Notes under the pieces: model-generated
Told to the model about the DNA's origin: nothing
The model's input: only the letters and a program-made list of their open reading frames with translations
The model's database searches: none
Made by a program: the position numbers and the translations under genes
Assembly: GCA_964621835.1 (NCBI GenBank)
Contig: CAZUMA010000002.1
Span: 92,392-156,391, forward strand
Length of the DNA: 64,000 nucleotides
Reading direction: 5' to 3'
Origin: an uncultured Anaerolineales bacterium
Lineage (GTDB): Bacteria; Chloroflexota; Anaerolineae; Anaerolineales; UBA11858
Shown: positions 47,064 through 55,961 of the stretch, one piece after another
How positions within the stretch are numbered: position 1 is the first letter of the stretch
How the letters are laid out: every line of letters starts with the position of its first letter

Positions 47064-47918
47064 TTACAAGGGGCAGCTGCAGTTTGGAGAGGTGAGATAT
47101 TCCTCGACAGCATCCTCAAGAGAGATTTTTCCAGCTATGACCTGATTTTTATATTGCCGGCTCCAGTGAGAGAGCTGGGGTCGGGCCAATCTTAATTCGC
47201 CAAGAATCAGAAAAGCCACTGGCCCTCCCTCTTCTAGAAAGCCAGACATTTGAAAATCTTTCTCCGCTCTCTCAAGATTGTATGGGAGGCGGACAATGTC
47301 GCTGAGCCACTGGCCGTTTTTTTGTTGGAGGCGGGCGTATCCGGTTCTTTGATCCCCATCAAAAGGAAGACCTACAGAGCCGGCATTGATGATCGTGGTC
47401 TTGTTTACCCTGCGAATTAATGGTTGATGGGTATGCCCAACCACCAGCAGTTCCGGGGCCGGCTGGATCATGTTGGCGATTTGATCATCGGGTGTCTCCG
47501 GGTAGATCCCGGCCCGAGGCCCCATCATTGAAGCGTGAACAGCTGCCAGCACCTTTCCATCGGGGAGAAGCGTCCTGGATTCCTGAGGGAGACTTTTCAG
47601 GTAAGCCACTTCCTGGGTGCTCAGGGATGAATATGTCCAGTGAACGGACCGCAAGATCTCATAAGCCAGTCCGGATCGTGGAGTTGCTGGATTATCAAAA
47701 TCCAGCACGTAATCCTCATGATTCCCCCTGATGAATTTCCATTGCTGAGCCGGAGCGTTTTCCCTGAGCAGCTGCAGGCATGCCTTTGAGCGCGGTCCCC
47801 GGTTGATGATATCTCCTAAGACAAACACAAGATCCGGATCCCAGCGGGATAAATCTTCCAGGACAGCTTCCAGGGCAGGGTAGTTTCCATGGATGTCTGC
47901 CAGAATGGCAATATCCAT
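47064..47918 (-). CDS. Calcineurin-like metallophosphoesterase
   Basis: ADIHGN, GDIINRG, GNHEDY and VGHTH motifs. The substrate cannot be assigned from sequence. Confidence 0.85.
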   Translation of the reverse strand: MDIAILADIHGNYPALEAVLEDLSRWDPDLVFVLGDIINRGPRSKACLQLLRENAPAQQWKFIRGNHEDYVLDFDNPATPRSGLAYEILRSVHWTYSSLSTQEVAYLKSLPQESRTLLPDGKVLAAVHASMMGPRAGIYPETPDDQIANMIQPAPELLVVGHTHQPLIRRVNKTTIINAGSVGLPFDGDQRTGYARLQQKNGQWLSDIVRLPYNLERAEKDFQMSGFLEEGGPVAFLILGELRLARPQLSHWSRQYKNQVIAGKISLEDAVEEYLTSPNCSCPL

Positions 47919-47920
47919 AA

Positions 47921-49903
47921 TTAGGATTCTGCCTCAATGATCTGGACATAATCCTCGGTCGCGCTCATCTCAGGAGAGACTCCCAAGAGCTTGAGCAAAT
48001 CATCTGCCATGCGGGCTTTTTCTTCCGCATCCTCCAAACTCCAGGTGCGGCTTTTGACCTCAAGAAATGTCCCTAAGGCAGGATCATCCAGGCGGTCGAC
48101 GTTGATATAAAATTCAATTCCCTGATAACAGATTTTCCAGCGTTTCCGATCCTTTTCAATAAAGGTCTCACTGGCCGGGTCAAAGTATTCCCGGTAAAAC
48201 CGGAGACTGTGTGTGGCCGGGGCGAAAAACCGGCTCCGGGAAAGCAGGACATCCTGGGGGAAGTGCTTTTCTCGACGCGGCCCGATCAATGTTAACCGGT
48301 AGCGAATGTTCTCCACATTGCCCTGGGGATCGATGAATTCGTCCTCTCGATAGCGGAGCCACCCTTCCTCAGGATCCTCAAAATCAAAGTAAGTGTCATA
48401 CTCATGATAGTGCCGGTAGTAGATGACCTCCAGTTCTGATTCCAGGATCCGATCCATGACCGCTTGGGGCTCGTCAACTTTGACCTTGACCTGCACTTCG
48501 TAGCTTTCCTGCTCCTCTGCGCCCCCGATCGCGATCAATTTCGAAAAGACGGATTCTTCTCGTTTTGCGAGGAATTGATCGATCTCTTCAGCATATTTTT
48601 GCGCGTTAGGAAGCAATCCATCCATGTCGATGGTCAGCAGCTCCCGGGAGCGCATCAGCCACCGTCCGTTCACCAGCACATCCGTTACATCCGTTGATTT
48701 CGCAGCGTAAACCAGCTGAGCATAGATACTCTCAGGATCATTCCGAAAATGCGGGGAATTGTGCAGGTTGTGGATATCGACCAGGATCAGGTCCGCTTTT
48801 TTTCCAGGCTCCAGGGAGCCCGTCTGATCTGCAAGGTGGATCGCCTTTGCTCCCATACTGGTTGCCATTGCCAGGGCTGTTCTCGCCGGAACAGCGGTTG
48901 GGTTGCCGGTGCTTCCTTTGGCGAGCAGAGCAGCTAAGCGGATTTCCTCGAACATATCCAGATCGTTGTTCGAAGAAACCCCATCGGTCCCAATCCCGAC
49001 GTTTAATCCAATCTCCAGCATCCGCTGAACTTGGGCGATTCCAGAAGAAAGCTTTAAGTTCGATGTTGGGTTGTGGGCCACCCCGGTTTGATGGTGCATT
49101 AAGGTGTGCATTTCCCCTTCATCGATGTGAACGCAGTGGGCTGCGATCACTTTGGCCGAGAGTATATCCTGTTTCTTGATATACGGCACGACCGGCATAT
49201 TGTGGGCCTCGATGCTGTCCTCGACCTCCTGGGCAGTTTCGGAAACATGGATATGAAGGGGGACATCATGGCGCTGGGCGAGGGCAGTGGCGGACTGGAG
49301 AATATCTGTGGTCGCAGTATAGGCAGCATGCGGGGCGACAGCAGGGGTGATCAAGGCGTGACCCTGCCATTTTTCAATCATCTTTTCTGCCGCAGTCAGG
49401 GCTTCCTCATAGGTTTTTGCATCCGGGGAGGGGAACTTGAGGATGGTTTGACAGCAAACTGCTCGCAGTCCGGCTTCAGCTGTTGCTTCGGCCACCTGGT
49501 CTTCGAAATAATACATGTCCGCAAAAGCTGTCACCCCGGACCGGATCAATTCAGCACAGGCCAGGGTCGTTCCCAGGTGAACAAATTCCGGGGAGACGAA
49601 CTCCCGCTCAACGGGCATGATATACCCCAACAGCCATACGTCTAATCGGAGGTCATCTGCCAGGCCCCGCATTAAATTCATGGCGACATGGGTGTGTGCG
49701 TTGATCAAGCCGGGCATGACTACATTCCCTTCGCAGTCCACCACTTGTTTGGCCTGATATTTCTTTTCCAGCTCCCCGCTTTTTCCCACAGCGGCTATGC
49801 GATCTTCTGCGATCGCCACCCCACCAGATGGGTATTGAGTGAACTCCTCATCCATCGTGAGGACATACGCGTTTTTCAGGAGAATGTCAATCTTTTCAGT
49901 CAT
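47921..49903 (-). CDS. Amidohydrolase of the MTA/SAH-deaminase (MtaD/chlorohydrolase) type fused to a C-terminal CYTH (CyaB/ThTPase-like) domain
   Basis: Residues 1-445 carry PGLINAHTHVAMN, HIHVSET, AHCVH and GTDG, as in MtaD-like deaminases. Residues ~466-645 (nt 47921-48508) read YEVQVKVKV...WLRYRED...EKDRKRWKI...FYINVDRL..LGTFLEVK, which matches the class IV adenylate cyclase/CYTH pattern. Confidence 0.8.
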   Translation of the reverse strand: MTEKIDILLKNAYVLTMDEEFTQYPSGGVAIAEDRIAAVGKSGELEKKYQAKQVVDCEGNVVMPGLINAHTHVAMNLMRGLADDLRLDVWLLGYIMPVEREFVSPEFVHLGTTLACAELIRSGVTAFADMYYFEDQVAEATAEAGLRAVCCQTILKFPSPDAKTYEEALTAAEKMIEKWQGHALITPAVAPHAAYTATTDILQSATALAQRHDVPLHIHVSETAQEVEDSIEAHNMPVVPYIKKQDILSAKVIAAHCVHIDEGEMHTLMHHQTGVAHNPTSNLKLSSGIAQVQRMLEIGLNVGIGTDGVSSNNDLDMFEEIRLAALLAKGSTGNPTAVPARTALAMATSMGAKAIHLADQTGSLEPGKKADLILVDIHNLHNSPHFRNDPESIYAQLVYAAKSTDVTDVLVNGRWLMRSRELLTIDMDGLLPNAQKYAEEIDQFLAKREESVFSKLIAIGGAEEQESYEVQVKVKVDEPQAVMDRILESELEVIYYRHYHEYDTYFDFEDPEEGWLRYREDEFIDPQGNVENIRYRLTLIGPRREKHFPQDVLLSRSRFFAPATHSLRFYREYFDPASETFIEKDRKRWKICYQGIEFYINVDRLDDPALGTFLEVKSRTWSLEDAEEKARMADDLLKLLGVSPEMSATEDYVQIIEAES

Positions 49904-50131
49904 TTTAATTCCTTGCCTGCCCGGATGATCTGGAGAGGTTGGCCATCTGTTCTCTTCTTATACACCTTGACCGCTCCTCAAGAGTGACGGGATACAGTAA
50001 GTTTCCTGAGATTGTATCATCGTTGGGGGATAATGGCAGGAAGAACCAGCCTGGATTGGGAGGGATGAGCTCCCGACCCCCGCTCTCCCGACGAGTTATC
50101 AGAACATCTTCTATGGTAAAATAGATCAGCA

Positions 50132-51169
50132 ATGAATACCAAGCAAAGTGCGCTTCCTGACCCCCCCAGTGTATTGAATGCCATCCGAAATGGGTATGAT
50201 GCGATCACCAATCACATCAGTTTAGTCCTGTTTCCAGTGGCCTTGGACCTGCTGCTCTGGTTTGCTCCCCGCCTGCGGGTAAAAATGCTGATTGAAGGGT
50301 TAATCATCGAGATGAACTCGGTTTCCTCCCTGCTCTCAGGCGACTTTGAAGAGATGCTTCAGGCCAGCCAGGAGATCTGGATGGATGCGGCTGGAAGGAT
50401 TAACCTGGTTGCCGCCCTGCGGTCATTCCCGGTGGGTGTGTTCAGCTTACTGGCATCCATTCTGCCGACAGCCAATCCGCTGGGAGAACCATTTTTTTTT
50501 GAAATCACCCAGTTTCAGCATGTGATCATTTTAGTCATTCTCTTTTTTTTCCTTGGGATTGTGGTGGGTGGATTGTATTTTTCGGCTGTCAGGCAGGCGG
50601 TTTTATTTGATGAAATTCGCTGGCCCTTGGTGTTCCGGCAGTGGCCCCGCCGCAGTGCTCAATCGCTGCTGTTGAGCTTGATTTTAGTGACTGTGGTTTT
50701 GGCCTTGTTGATCTTCGGCAGCTGTGTTGCAACCGGATTTGCCTTTTTCAATGTCACCATTGGTCAGGCAGTCGTGCTGCTGATAGGCATTGTCGCATTT
50801 TGGTTGGTCTTTCCCCTGTTTTTTTCCCCCCATGGGATTTTTGTCAAAAATTTAAAAGCAGGGAAATCGATGTTTGAAAGCATCCGCCTGACAAACCTGA
50901 CGTTTTTCAGGTCCGGTTTTTTTATTATGATTGCTCTCCTGATTACGCAAGGGATGGATGTGCTTTGGCGGGTTCCCCCTGAGGATTCCTGGATGATGCT
51001 GGTCAGCATCCTGGGTCACGGATTTGTGACTACAGGGATGCTGGCAGCCAGCTTTGTTTACTACCAGGAGATGGACCGCTGGGTCAGTGAGCTTTTTTTT
51101 ATTCAGAAAGCACAGCAAGCGCTGGGAGAGCAGACTTCTGAAAAAATTCACCGATCTGATTTGGAGTAA
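50132..51169 (+). CDS. Hypothetical polytopic membrane protein (345 aa)
   Basis: At least 6 hydrophobic helices. I recognise no motif. Confidence 0.6.
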   Translation: MNTKQSALPDPPSVLNAIRNGYDAITNHISLVLFPVALDLLLWFAPRLRVKMLIEGLIIEMNSVSSLLSGDFEEMLQASQEIWMDAAGRINLVAALRSFPVGVFSLLASILPTANPLGEPFFFEITQFQHVIILVILFFFLGIVVGGLYFSAVRQAVLFDEIRWPLVFRQWPRRSAQSLLLSLILVTVVLALLIFGSCVATGFAFFNVTIGQAVVLLIGIVAFWLVFPLFFSPHGIFVKNLKAGKSMFESIRLTNLTFFRSGFFIMIALLITQGMDVLWRVPPEDSWMMLVSILGHGFVTTGMLAASFVYYQEMDRWVSELFFIQKAQQALGEQTSEKIHRSDLE

Positions 51170-51186
51170 GCTAATTGTGTTAGGGT

Positions 51187-53121
51187 TTGGAGGAAGTAGT
51201 GGTAGATAACAATCAGCCAACATCATATGAAGCAAAAGATATCCAGGTGCTGGAAGGCTTGGAAGCAGTCCGAATGCGTCCAGGAATGTACGTTGGCGGC
51301 ACGGATATAAAAGCCCTCCACCACCTGATTTATGAGGTGGTAGATAATTCGATTGATGAAGCGCTCGCAGAATACTGCGATGAAATTGAAATAATCATCC
51401 ATGAGGATGAAAGCGTGACAGTCACCGATAACGGCCGGGGAATTCCCGTAGACATTCATCCTGAGAAAAAAGTGCCGGCATTGGAACTGGTAATGACAGT
51501 TCTGCATGCTGGAGGGAAGTTCGGGGGTGCAGGCTATAAAGTCTCAGGAGGTTTGCATGGGGTCGGTCTCTCTGCGGTCAATGCGCTTTCGGAGTGGTTT
51601 GAAGTGCGTGTCTGGCGCGGGGGAAAGGAGTATTATCAGCGCTATGAACGGGGAGTGCCCGTTACCAAGCTGGAAGTCGTCGGGGAAGCCCCCAAGGGAA
51701 AAACCGGGACCACTCAGACCTTCATGTATGACAAGACCATCTTTGATGAGGAGATCTCCTTTCATTTTGAACCCCTGGTCCAGCGTTTTCGGGAGATGGC
51801 GTTTGTGACCCGGGCGGTGCTGATCCGCTTTGTGGATGAGCGAACGGATCAGGAGATGAATTTTTATTTTGATGGGGGGATCACCTCTTTTGTTCGCTAT
51901 CTCAACCGCAACCGGGAGAAGCTTCATTCTGTAATCCATGTTGAAAAAGAGATCGACGATATCGTCATTGAAGGGGCCTTTCAATATACCGACTCATTTG
52001 CAGAATCCGTTTATGCTTTCGCAAATACCATCAATACGATTGATGGTGGGACTCACCTGACCGGCCTGCGGGCGGCAGTCACCCGGACGATTAATAATTA
52101 TGCCCGGAGCAAAAAATTGCTCAAAGACTCGGATCCAAATTTTACCGGGGATGATACCCGGGAAGGGCTGACCGCGATTATCAGCATCAAGCATCCTTCC
52201 CCTCAGTTTGAAAGTCAGACCAAAGTGAAACTGATGAACGCAGAGGTGAAAACGCACGCCCAGCAGGTAGTTGGAGAGGGGATGGAAATCTTTCTCGAGG
52301 AAAACCCTTCGGCGGCAAAAGCGATTGTAAATAAATGTTTAACCTCGGCTCGAGCGCGGCGAGCGGCTAGTAAAGCGAGAGATCTGGTCATCCGAAAATC
52401 TGCCCTGGAGAGCTTGACGCTTCCCGGAAAACTTGCAGATTGCTCTTCCCGGAATCCTGAAGAATCTGAAATCTTTATTGTGGAGGGAGATTCAGCAGGG
52501 GGATCAGCCAAACAAGGCCGGGACCGTCATTTTCAAGCCATCCTTCCCTTGCGGGGAAAGATCCTCAACACGGAACGCGCCAGGTTGAACCAGATTCTGG
52601 CAAATAACGAGGTAAAATCCCTGATCTCCGCCCTCGGCGTGGGGATTGGAGAAAGCTTTGATATTGAAGGGCTGAGATACTATCGGGTGATTATTATGAC
52701 GGATGCAGATGTCGATGGAGCCCATATCCGCACGCTCCTGCTGACATTCTTTTTCCGCTACATGCAGCCGCTGATCGAAAGCGGGCACTTATTTATCGCC
52801 CAGCCTCCCCTCTATAAACTGCGCCACAAAAATAAGGATAAATATCTTTACACGGAGAAAGAGCGAATCAGCACCTTGAAGAAGCTGGGGATTAATCCTG
52901 AGAAAGCGAATATCCAGCGTTATAAGGGCCTGGGAGAAATGAATCCAGATCAGCTCTGGGATACCACCATGGATCCAGAGCAGAGAACGCTGCTGCGTGT
53001 GACCATCGAGGACGCCGCTGCTGCGGACCGTACTTTTGATATGCTGATGGGCTCTTCGGTCCCCCCCCGGAAGCGGTTTATCATCACCCATGCCAATGAA
53101 GTCCGGAATCTGGATATTTAA
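51187..53121 (+). CDS. gyrB: DNA gyrase subunit B
   Basis: [35 protein letters not shown], the [15 protein letters not shown] Toprim motif and PLRGKILN. Start is TTG 51187 or in-frame GTG 51199 (GGAGG 5 nt upstream). Confidence 0.97.
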   Translation: MEEVVVDNNQPTSYEAKDIQVLEGLEAVRMRPGMYVGGTDIKALHHLIYEVVDNSIDEALAEYCDEIEIIIHEDESVTVTDNGRGIPVDIHPEKKVPALELVMTVLHAGGKFGGAGYKVSGGLHGVGLSAVNALSEWFEVRVWRGGKEYYQRYERGVPVTKLEVVGEAPKGKTGTTQTFMYDKTIFDEEISFHFEPLVQRFREMAFVTRAVLIRFVDERTDQEMNFYFDGGITSFVRYLNRNREKLHSVIHVEKEIDDIVIEGAFQYTDSFAESVYAFANTINTIDGGTHLTGLRAAVTRTINNYARSKKLLKDSDPNFTGDDTREGLTAIISIKHPSPQFESQTKVKLMNAEVKTHAQQVVGEGMEIFLEENPSAAKAIVNKCLTSARARRAASKARDLVIRKSALESLTLPGKLADCSSRNPEESEIFIVEGDSAGGSAKQGRDRHFQAILPLRGKILNTERARLNQILANNEVKSLISALGVGIGESFDIEGLRYYRVIIMTDADVDGAHIRTLLLTFFFRYMQPLIESGHLFIAQPPLYKLRHKNKDKYLYTEKERISTLKKLGINPEKANIQRYKGLGEMNPDQLWDTTMDPEQRTLLRVTIEDAAAADRTFDMLMGSSVPPRKRFIITHANEVRNLDI

Positions 53122-53240
53122 GGGGATGTTTCAAGCAAGAACATATCAATAGCGCATTGGAATTGTGTTCCGGCCGACAGTGAGCATCAGGGGATAGTGA
53201 TCGGCTGGTTCTGCCTAGCAAGGTCTCTGGAAGACAGATT

Positions 53241-54353
53241 ATGGCTCTGGAACAAGGTTCGCTGCTGCTCGATCGATACCGGATCATTGAAGTCCTGGGA
53301 CAGGGGGGGATGGGATCGATTTATCGGGCTGTGGATGAGAATCTGGGAGTAGAGGTCGCGGTTAAGGAGAACATGTTCACTATTGACGACTATGCTCGTC
53401 AATTTCGCCGCGAAGCTCTGATCTTAGCGAATCTGCGCCATCCCAATCTTCCCCGTGTCTCCGATCACTTTACCATCGAAGAACAGGGTCAATACCTGAT
53501 CATGGATTATATCGAGGGGGAAGATCTTCAAGAGCGAATGGAGCGATTTGGTCATCTCCCGGAAGAAGAAGTGATCTTTATCGGGGCAACGATTTGTGAT
53601 GCCCTGGCCTATATGCACTCTCATAACCCTGTTGTCCTTCACCGGGATATCAAACCTGCGAATGTCCGGATCACCCCCCGGGGAGGGGTTTACCTGGTGG
53701 ATTTCGGTCTGGCAAAAATTATGCATGGGGATAAAACGACCACAACGGGCGCCCGGGCAATGACCATGGGATTCTCCCCCCCAGAGCAGTACGGCGCTGC
53801 CAGAACGGATGCCCGGACAGATATCTATTCGCTGGGGGCCACGCTTTACACAGCCCTGACAGGTTTTACCCCGGAGGACAGCCTCGCCCAGACCATGGAC
53901 CAGGAAGAACTAACCCCCGTGAGGGAAAGAAACCCGGCAATTTCCCGCAGGGTTGCTGAGGCGGTAGAAAAAGCCCTCCAGGTCCGCCCTTCTGATCGCT
54001 TTCAAATGGCGGCTGAATTCAAGAATGAGCTCCTCAAAGCCCAGAGCGGGCGGTTCAATATCACCCTCGGGCTGGACCAGGTGCCGGTTTCCTCCAATCA
54101 GGAGACAGATCAGGCAGAGGGTGACCGGGCCATTGTCCGGGGGGTGATCACGAAAGAAATTCACCCGGATAAGAACCAGAAGGAGCAGGTCCCCCAAAAA
54201 AAGCAACAATCCCTGAAATCCAAACCAACAATCGATCGCGGGGGGTGTGCAGGTCTGGTGGCTATCCTGGGATTAATTCTGATCCTGGGAGTGCTTGTGC
54301 TTTACTTGATCTATCCGGCTTTTATCAGTCAGCTGCTCAACCTTTCCTTTTAG
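53241..54353 (+). CDS. Hanks-type Ser/Thr protein kinase with C-terminal TM anchor
   Basis: GQGGMGSIY, VAVKE, HRDIKPAN, DFG and SPPE motifs. A basic linker precedes one TM at the C-terminus. Confidence 0.92.
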   Translation: MALEQGSLLLDRYRIIEVLGQGGMGSIYRAVDENLGVEVAVKENMFTIDDYARQFRREALILANLRHPNLPRVSDHFTIEEQGQYLIMDYIEGEDLQERMERFGHLPEEEVIFIGATICDALAYMHSHNPVVLHRDIKPANVRITPRGGVYLVDFGLAKIMHGDKTTTTGARAMTMGFSPPEQYGAARTDARTDIYSLGATLYTALTGFTPEDSLAQTMDQEELTPVRERNPAISRRVAEAVEKALQVRPSDRFQMAAEFKNELLKAQSGRFNITLGLDQVPVSSNQETDQAEGDRAIVRGVITKEIHPDKNQKEQVPQKKQQSLKSKPTIDRGGCAGLVAILGLILILGVLVLYLIYPAFISQLLNLSF

Positions 54354-54455
54354 GGCTGCATCCCCGGCCGATTATGGACTCATTCTGGAGAACAGGGGCG
54401 GCTGAGAGCGGCCATATCCCGCGTGATTGGTTATCTTAAAATCTCCTAATTTAAT

Positions 54456-54466
54456 TTGTCTGACAA
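54456..54466. promoter_or_regulatory. Candidate GntR-family operator O1 (TTGTC-T-GACAA), abutting the -35 box
   Basis: Perfect 5-1-5 palindrome read directly. Its exact reverse complement recurs at 54501-54511. Confidence 0.45.
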
Positions 54467-54495
54467 TTGACAGTTGCCGATGTATTTGTTAAACT
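54467..54495 (+). promoter_or_regulatory. Sigma70-type promoter TTGACA-N17-TAAACT upstream of the deaminase/carbamoyltransferase array
   Basis: Consensus -35, 17-nt spacer and a 4/6 -10 box, located 39 nt before ATG 54534. Confidence 0.5.
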
Positions 54496-54500
54496 AGTAT

Positions 54501-54511
54501 TTGTCAGACAA
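54501..54511. promoter_or_regulatory. Candidate GntR-family operator O2 (TTGTC-A-GACAA), just downstream of the -10 box
   Basis: Perfect palindrome and reverse complement of O1. It sits at about the expected transcription start. Confidence 0.45.
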
Positions 54512-54533
54512 TTATATTTTCCGGGGATAACCG

Positions 54534-55919
54534 ATGACCACACTCCTTGTAAAAAACGCTCAGATCGCAGTGACCATGGACAGCCACCGCCGTGAAATTG
54601 AGGGCGGTGGGCTTTTTATTAAGGACGGCTTCATTGAACAAGTGGGGCCCACCGATCAGCTTCCGGAGCAAGCGGATCAAGTCCTCGATTTGGCTGGACA
54701 CTTGCTAATGCCCGGGTTGGTCAACACCCACCACCATTTTTATCAGACCTTAACGCGTGTGGTGCCCGCAGCGCAGAATGTGAATCTTTTTCACTGGCTG
54801 AAAACTCTTTATCCGATCTGGGCGAGGATGACCCCTGAGGATATTCGTATTTCAACCAGGACTGCCTTGGCAGAATTGGCTCTTTCTGGATGCACAACCG
54901 CCTCGGATCATCTCTACCTCTTTCCAAACGGATCCAGGTTGGATGATGAGATTCAGGCCGCAAGAGGGATCGGGCTCCGGCTCCATGCTTCCAGGGGATC
55001 GATGAGTCTGGGAGAGAGCGATGGGGGTCTGCCGCCGGATAGCGTCGTGGAAGAGGAAGATTTTATTCTTAAAGATTCCCAGCGTTTGATTGAAACATAT
55101 CATGACAGCCAGCCAGGATCCCTTCTCCAGGTTGTACTGGCTCCCTGTTCTCCGTTTAGTGTCACCGGAGATTTAATGCGGGAGAGTGCAGGACTGGCCA
55201 GGGAATATGGAGTTCAGCTGCACACCCATCTGTCAGAAACAGAAGATGAAATTGATTTTTGCATTCAAGAATTCGGCAAAAGACCGGTTGCCTACATGGA
55301 AGAAGTAGATTGGGTAGGTCCGGATGTCTGGTTTGCTCATTCCGTTTATGTCAATGAGGAAGAGATCGAAATATACGCAGATCACCACTGCGGAGTTGCC
55401 CATTGCCCCAGCTCCAACATGCGGTTGGCTTCTGGTGCTGCTCCCATTTTGGATTTTCTTTCCGCGGGTGTGGATGTGGGCTTGGGTGTGGATGGCTCTG
55501 CCAGCAATGATGGTTCCCATTTGATGGAGGAAGCTCGCCAGGCGCTTCTGCTGGCCCGGGTCCGGGCGGGAATGATGGGTGCTTCCCGGTCTGATGACCT
55601 GGATCTGCCGATTATGACTGGACGCCAGGCGCTTGAGCTGGCAACAATTGGGGGGGCTGCCGTGCTGGGACGATCTGACATTGGTTCCCTTGAATCAGGA
55701 AAAGCGGCCGACTTTACAGCGATTGATTTAAACCGAATTGATTATGCAGGAGCCCTGCATGATCCTGTTGCAGCGATGACCTTCTGCGCCCCGGTCAAAG
55801 TGGATTACACGGTTGTGGGTGGGAAGTTCATTGTCAAAGAGGGGGAGCTGGTTACCGATGACCTTCCCCGGTTGATTGAGGATCACAATCAGGCTGCGGA
55901 TCGTTTGCTGAATGAATAA
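54534..55919 (+). CDS. 8-oxoguanine deaminase-family amidohydrolase (ATZ/TRZ-like)
   Basis: The N-terminus LLVKNAQIAVTMDSHRREIEGGGLFIKDG...PGLVNTHHHFYQTLTR...LFHWLKTLYPIWARMTPED is the signature I associate with this family. HTHLSET and GVDGSASND follow. Confidence 0.8.
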   Translation: MTTLLVKNAQIAVTMDSHRREIEGGGLFIKDGFIEQVGPTDQLPEQADQVLDLAGHLLMPGLVNTHHHFYQTLTRVVPAAQNVNLFHWLKTLYPIWARMTPEDIRISTRTALAELALSGCTTASDHLYLFPNGSRLDDEIQAARGIGLRLHASRGSMSLGESDGGLPPDSVVEEEDFILKDSQRLIETYHDSQPGSLLQVVLAPCSPFSVTGDLMRESAGLAREYGVQLHTHLSETEDEIDFCIQEFGKRPVAYMEEVDWVGPDVWFAHSVYVNEEEIEIYADHHCGVAHCPSSNMRLASGAAPILDFLSAGVDVGLGVDGSASNDGSHLMEEARQALLLARVRAGMMGASRSDDLDLPIMTGRQALELATIGGAAVLGRSDIGSLESGKAADFTAIDLNRIDYAGALHDPVAAMTFCAPVKVDYTVVGGKFIVKEGELVTDDLPRLIEDHNQAADRLLNE

Positions 55920-55961
55920 ACCCTGCAGCCTCACTATGTTGTGGAATTTCTGAGGAAATTT

